From Cuniculiplasma divulgatum (GTDB taxonomy: Archaea > Thermoplasmatota > Thermoplasmata > Thermoplasmatales > Thermoplasmataceae), in the NCBI RefSeq assembly GCF_900083515.1, contig NZ_LT671858.1:120001-152000 (forward strand): a stretch of 32,000 nucleotides of DNA. Direction: 5' to 3'. Made by a program: the position numbers and the translations under genes. The notes beneath the pieces were generated by a model. That model ran no database searches. It saw only the letters and a program-made list of their open reading frames with translations, and was not told where the DNA came from. Shown here piece after piece: positions 27,789 to 32,000 of this stretch (position 1 is the first letter of the stretch; every line of letters starts with the position of its first letter).

Positions 27789-29261
27789 TTATTTTACCAT
27801 CCATTCTAAATCTTCCGGTATGCCTCTGTGTTCAGAAATGTACTTAAAAACTAACGCGCTTGGTCGCATTTGAATCTTTTTAGTCTCTTGATCAACGCCA
27901 AGTAAACCAAATTTCATCCCAAAACCAGATGACCATTCGTAGTTGTCTAAAAGTGACCAATGAAGGTATCCTCTAATATCCATACCATCCTTAATTGCCT
28001 TTTCCACTTCGTAAAGATGACAAACAAGATATTTTGGTCGCAGCGAATCAGTTGAATCAGCAATACCATTCTCAGTTACGATCATAGGAAGCCCATAGTG
28101 TTCATGGTAATCTTTAAGAACGTGGTATAGTCCCTCTGGATACAATTCCCATCCAAAATCGCTCACTTCACGTCCAGCTTTACTTTTCATTCCAGCTACT
28201 GCGTTGTGACCATAACCTTTCACAGTTACATATCCACTTTCTTTGCTAGCTATTACGTTCCTGGTGTAATAATTCACTCCTATCCAGTCCAGTTTTCCTT
28301 TCAGGTCTTCTCTTCTTTCTTCTGATTTCTCTTTAAACTCTTTGGCTTCGTTTATGATTTTCGCCCATTTCATGTCTCCAAAAATCAGAGAATTAAAAAA
28401 TGAATGCCTTTCATTGAAAAGAGCCATTTTTGTAGCTTCCTTGTCATTCTCTTTCTCTGGTACCAGATCTGCGTTTGCGTAAATCAATCCAATTGGTTGC
28501 TTAGTAAACTTTTTCATTTCGTCGTAAGCTCTTCCAATTGCTTCTATAATATGTTTTTTAGCGAGGTTTCCTGCTTCAATTGAAGGGTATGCCGGTGGAA
28601 AACCAGTTTTGACGTTGAAATATCCATTTCCAAAAACCACGTTGGGTTCATTCATAATTGAAAACTGATCTGCTATATAATCAAATTTCCATGCCAAATA
28701 AGCTGAATACTTTACAAACTCAATAACAGTCCTGTGATTCAGCCAGCCATTCTGTTCATTCTTGAGTCCATTTTTTCTAGAAATTATTGGATCATGCAAC
28801 GAAAGAGGCAATGGCCAGTGATAAGCATTTATTATTAGCTTCATTCCATTTTCCTTAACGTTTTCAAATATTTCCTTATAGTGTTGCAGCGCTTTCTTAT
28901 TTACAACATTATCCATATCATTTAATATTTTTTCAGTTACATTTATGGATATTATATCGTCATTGTTTTGTTCAACGTCTACCTTAATCTCAGGAGTAGC
29001 TTTTGGAAAAAGTCTTGTCCACTCTACCCCTAACCTAAACGCATTAGAACCAAGTGACCTAGCCATTTGATTGTATGTTTTATAAAGATCCCAATATGCA
29101 ACACCAGTTTCTGGTTGGTCCCCAGAAACTAAACCTGTCTTTATGTTGTTTTCATCGTGAACCCATTTCCACCAGTCTGAATTTTCGTCATTATCACTAA
29201 TACCCATTTCAGATTGAAAACCTGCGAGAGAAAATCCAAGCAAAAAGCCATCCTTAAACAT
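27789..29261 (-). CDS. GH1 beta-glycosidase (beta-glucosidase / beta-galactosidase, LacS-like)
   Basis: 490 aa. The acid/base motif is FSIMNEPNVV and the nucleophile motif is IVTENGIAD. The C-terminal HWSLLDNYEW is typical of archaeal GH1 enzymes. Confidence 0.93.
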   Translation of the reverse strand: MFKDGFLLGFSLAGFQSEMGISDNDENSDWWKWVHDENNIKTGLVSGDQPETGVAYWDLYKTYNQMARSLGSNAFRLGVEWTRLFPKATPEIKVDVEQNNDDIISINVTEKILNDMDNVVNKKALQHYKEIFENVKENGMKLIINAYHWPLPLSLHDPIISRKNGLKNEQNGWLNHRTVIEFVKYSAYLAWKFDYIADQFSIMNEPNVVFGNGYFNVKTGFPPAYPSIEAGNLAKKHIIEAIGRAYDEMKKFTKQPIGLIYANADLVPEKENDKEATKMALFNERHSFFNSLIFGDMKWAKIINEAKEFKEKSEERREDLKGKLDWIGVNYYTRNVIASKESGYVTVKGYGHNAVAGMKSKAGREVSDFGWELYPEGLYHVLKDYHEHYGLPMIVTENGIADSTDSLRPKYLVCHLYEVEKAIKDGMDIRGYLHWSLLDNYEWSSGFGMKFGLLGVDQETKKIQMRPSALVFKYISEHRGIPEDLEWMVK

Positions 29262-29392
29262 ATTTTAGAATCGGTCTTTATCATAAATATATTTGCAAAT
29301 ACTACTAAGATTAATTGCTTCTGGTAATACTTGGGAGAAAAATGAAAAATTAACAACTGGTGATATTTTGTAATCTTAATCAAACACACAAA

Positions 29393-30412
29393 TTAATGTA
29401 TTATGTAAAAAGTGACATCGATCATCTTTACTTGTTCCAGTTTCCCATTTCTTCCTCCGACTGTAATTTCACCATTTTCACTCAAAATGTTAAATGATTG
29501 TATTTTACCAGGAATTCTTGTTATTGAAATAACATCACCTCCTATTGTTATAATTTCTTCATTCATCACTCCAAGTACCGTAGCTCGAAGACGTTTTCCC
29601 TTAGCCATTAGGTTCTCTATGGCATCACATGCTAGCCAAGAAGTGGTCACTTTAAATTCGTGTTTGTAGAAATTAAAATCGATAATATAATTTGCTGGAA
29701 GCCAGTTCATAAAAAAATAATAATAACTCATTATATCCATTAGTTCATCTTCCTGCAAGAAGACTGAATAGTTTGATTCGAGTGAAACGGATCTTCCATT
29801 AAAGAAAGAAATCTTTCTGTCAATTATTACCATCTCTGCGTTAGTCATTTCACTCGTTTTGAGTATTCCTATTTCTGAGATAATGTCAATTATCTTTCTA
29901 TCTAGGTTGTTATTTAAAACGAAACATAGGGTAACCCCATTCTGATGTGCCTTTTTTAAGCTAGATATAAGCGTCATTATTTTTTCGCTCGGTAAAGAAA
30001 AAAGAATCTCAGACTCTGCATTTTCTATAGCATTTTCTAATTTATTTTCAGCGGTGCTACTATTTTGGATAAATAGCATATTAGGAACCCTAACAGGGAA
30101 ATTCTTTCTACTTTTCTTAACGTAGTCTTCAAGGCTGGATAAGTATTTCTTCATATCATCCAGTTCTGACTTAAAAGCCTCCTCTGGCATGACTGCTTCA
30201 TAAGATTTTTTTAGTCTTGAACTAATAATTACCAACCCTTTCCTTTGAAGTTTACCAAGTATGTCGTAAATCCTAGGTTGTGGAATTCCCGTTTCTTTTA
30301 TTATATCCGTTGGTTTCATTGCACCGTTTAACAAAAGGCAGGAATAAGCTTTAATCTCATACTTTGAAAGATGGAACCTTTCAAGTTCTTCAAAAATTTC
30401 TTCTTCAACCAT
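29393..30412 (-). CDS. TrmB-family sugar-responsive transcriptional regulator
   Basis: The N-terminal wHTH is LSKYEIKAYSCLLLNGAMKPTDIIKETGIPQPRIYDILGKLQRKGLV. It is followed by a C-terminal effector domain of about 230 aa, as in TrmB/TrmBL proteins. Confidence 0.85.
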   Translation of the reverse strand: MVEEEIFEELERFHLSKYEIKAYSCLLLNGAMKPTDIIKETGIPQPRIYDILGKLQRKGLVIISSRLKKSYEAVMPEEAFKSELDDMKKYLSSLEDYVKKSRKNFPVRVPNMLFIQNSSTAENKLENAIENAESEILFSLPSEKIMTLISSLKKAHQNGVTLCFVLNNNLDRKIIDIISEIGILKTSEMTNAEMVIIDRKISFFNGRSVSLESNYSVFLQEDELMDIMSYYYFFMNWLPANYIIDFNFYKHEFKVTTSWLACDAIENLMAKGKRLRATVLGVMNEEIITIGGDVISITRIPGKIQSFNILSENGEITVGGRNGKLEQVKMIDVTFYIIH

Positions 30413-30797
30413 AAATTGATAGCCTTAAACAACCTAATAATATTTTGCAACCATTCGCGGAAATTTACTAAATAAATGTTCATAGAATTTAATCTCAGAG
30501 TCGGGAAAACCTTTAGGGTTTAAAGACTCTATCTTATTTAAACAATTCCAAATATATACTTACTTTATAATATGATTCTCCTATGGTTGCTTTTTAAAAT
30601 TAAAGAAAAAATCTTTATATATTCAAATATAAGTGAGCCTTTACCACGAGAAAAGTCGTTCACTGTTATTGGAAAAAGTTAGTTAGACTGATATTAAAGA
30701 TTCGTATGATATTTAAAAAAGCCTTAGCCTGAAAAAGCAATATTTTTCCATTTAAACTCTATAAAAAATGTGGCATGATCTTATGTTAAAAAGATTT

Positions 30798-31586
30798 TTA
30801 ACCTATTCTTTTGTAAGGATCAGGTGCAGCTTCTATTAGTTTCTTGGTATAGTCTTCACTTGGAGAGCTGATAACATCCGCTGTCTTACCAGATTCCAAA
30901 ATTCTGCCATCATTAATGATGTAAAGTCTATCAGTCAGGTAACTAACTGTGCTTAGATCATGGGTTATATACAGAATTGAAACTTTTCTTTTATTTCTTA
31001 GATATTTAAAAAGTTCTAAAATAGTTGCTCTAATAGAGGCATCTAGCATGGAAACCGGTTCATCAGCTATCAATAGAGACGGAGACGTTGCCAGAACCCT
31101 TGCTATGTATGCCCGTTGTCTTAAACCTCCTGAAAGTTCATGTGGCATTTTCCACCTGAAATTTTCCTGAGGTATTAGAGATACGTCTGCTAGAATATCA
31201 TTTATTGTTTCCTCGATATTTTGTGCATTTCTAAGTTTTAAAGGGCGTCTTATATGCCAGTCTACATTGTGTGTTGGATCTAGAGATGAGTACGGATCTT
31301 GAAAAATAAGCTGAACATTTCTCCGATATTCCTTTAATTCTTTTCCTTTAATATTTGTTATATCCTTTTCATTGTATAGCAATTTTCCTTCCGTAATTCT
31401 GTTCATCTTAAGTATTAAATTAGCTATTGTAGACTTTCCACTTCCACTTGCCCCTACCAAGCCAATTATTTCAGCCTTATCAACAAACATGTTAATGCCA
31501 TGGAGAACTTCCACAAAATTCTCAGATCCTCTTTTGCCCTTTACATCAAATCGTTTAACTACATCTTTAAGCTCTAGAACGTGCAT
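30798..31586 (-). CDS. Opp/Dpp-family ABC transporter ATP-binding protein (OppF/DppF-like)
   Basis: Walker A GASGSGKST, signature LSGGLRQRAYIARVL, Walker B LLIADEPVSMLD, and the family-typical C-terminal extension SPSEDYTKKLIEAAPDP. Confidence 0.9.
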   Translation of the reverse strand: MHVLELKDVVKRFDVKGKRGSENFVEVLHGINMFVDKAEIIGLVGASGSGKSTIANLILKMNRITEGKLLYNEKDITNIKGKELKEYRRNVQLIFQDPYSSLDPTHNVDWHIRRPLKLRNAQNIEETINDILADVSLIPQENFRWKMPHELSGGLRQRAYIARVLATSPSLLIADEPVSMLDASIRATILELFKYLRNKRKVSILYITHDLSTVSYLTDRLYIINDGRILESGKTADVISSPSEDYTKKLIEAAPDPYKRIG

Positions 31587-32000
31587 TGTTTATAGCCTCC
31601 TTTTTCCAATCTGGGTATCTTATGCAACTGTATTTAGTTCCATCTTCCTCTATTAGGATTGGTCTTCTTTCTCTACATTCATTAATCACAAAAGGACATC
31701 TTGCCGAAAAAACACAACCTTTCGGCGTTTCTGAGAAATCCAATGGCTCTCCCGGAATAGGATTTAACTTGTTTATTGACTTAGACATAGTGGGAATGCT
31801 ATCAAGAAGTAATTTAGTATATGGATGTTTTGCATCTGTAAGAAGTGCCTTATAAGGTCCCATTTCCATTATATTTCCACCATATAGAACCAGTACTCTA
31901 TCTGATATCTGAAAAAGTACCGAAATATCATGTGTAACTATAATTATAGACAATGACAGTTTTTTTTGAATCTCTTTTATAGTTTTTAAAATCTCATATT
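31567..32000 (-). CDS. Opp/Dpp-family ABC ATPase (OppD/DppD-like); the N-terminus lies beyond the right window edge
   Basis: The frame stays open to position 32000 (..EILKTIKEIQKKLSLSIIIVTHDISV, H-loop). It then reads HPYTKLLLDSIP and the Cys-rich tail CVFSARCPFVINEC typical of OppD. The M at 31953 in the track is a TTG inside this gene. The gene overlaps the OppF-like gene by 20 nt. Confidence 0.85.
   Translation of the reverse strand, partial: YEILKTIKEIQKKLSLSIIIVTHDISVLFQISDRVLVLYGGNIMEMGPYKALLTDAKHPYTKLLLDSIPTMSKSINKLNPIPGEPLDFSETPKGCVFSARCPFVINECRERRPILIEEDGTKYSCIRYPDWKKEAINNARSRA

Noticed and set aside
29141-29389. 82-aa minus-strand ORF overlapping the start of the GH1 gene
   Set aside because: It is in an alternative frame over the GH1 N-terminus and the promoter region, with no SD sequence or motif. 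It is most likely spurious.

Overview
AT-rich segment, roughly mid-30s % GC by eye, densely coding. It looks archaeal and Thermoplasmatales-like. That assignment is inferred from gene content: a TrmB regulator, indolepyruvate:ferredoxin oxidoreductase, Opp-type ABC genes next to a GH1 glycosidase, sequon-rich envelope proteins, and TATA-like boxes about 30 nt upstream of start codons. Most of the window is ordinary metabolism and housekeeping. This includes iorA (partial), an acyl-CoA synthetase, an alpha-galactosidase-like hydrolase, katG, an M24 Xaa-Pro peptidase, an SMP-30 gluconolactonase, two aldo/keto reductases, an M13 peptidase and a BadF-type ATPase. There is also a TrmB / GH1 beta-glycosidase / AKR / OppDF-like sugar cluster. 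Accessory content: (i) an AbiEi/AbiEii type IV toxin-antitoxin pair with clustered palindromes in its promoter. (ii) A translationally coupled four-gene operon (ABC ATPase, ABC-2-like permease, six-TM protein, wHTH regulator) with a perfect 15-bp palindrome abutting its TATA box. (iii) Two large sequon-rich membrane or surface proteins. (iv) A frameshifted alpha/beta hydrolase. (v) The most unusual item: a 238-bp, GC-rich (~50%), highly structured insertion that cleanly splits a DUF45/YgjP-type metallopeptidase gene. Its left end matches the IS200/IS605 (IS608-type) layout: a TTAC target, a subterminal hairpin 18 nt inside, and AAAG at the hairpin foot. No transposase or TnpB gene is in the window, so I read it as a non-autonomous IS200/IS605-derived element that may still encode an omega/reRNA-like structured RNA. 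No rRNA, tRNA or CRISPR array was seen. All calls come from reading the sequence and ORF translations by eye; no database search was run.
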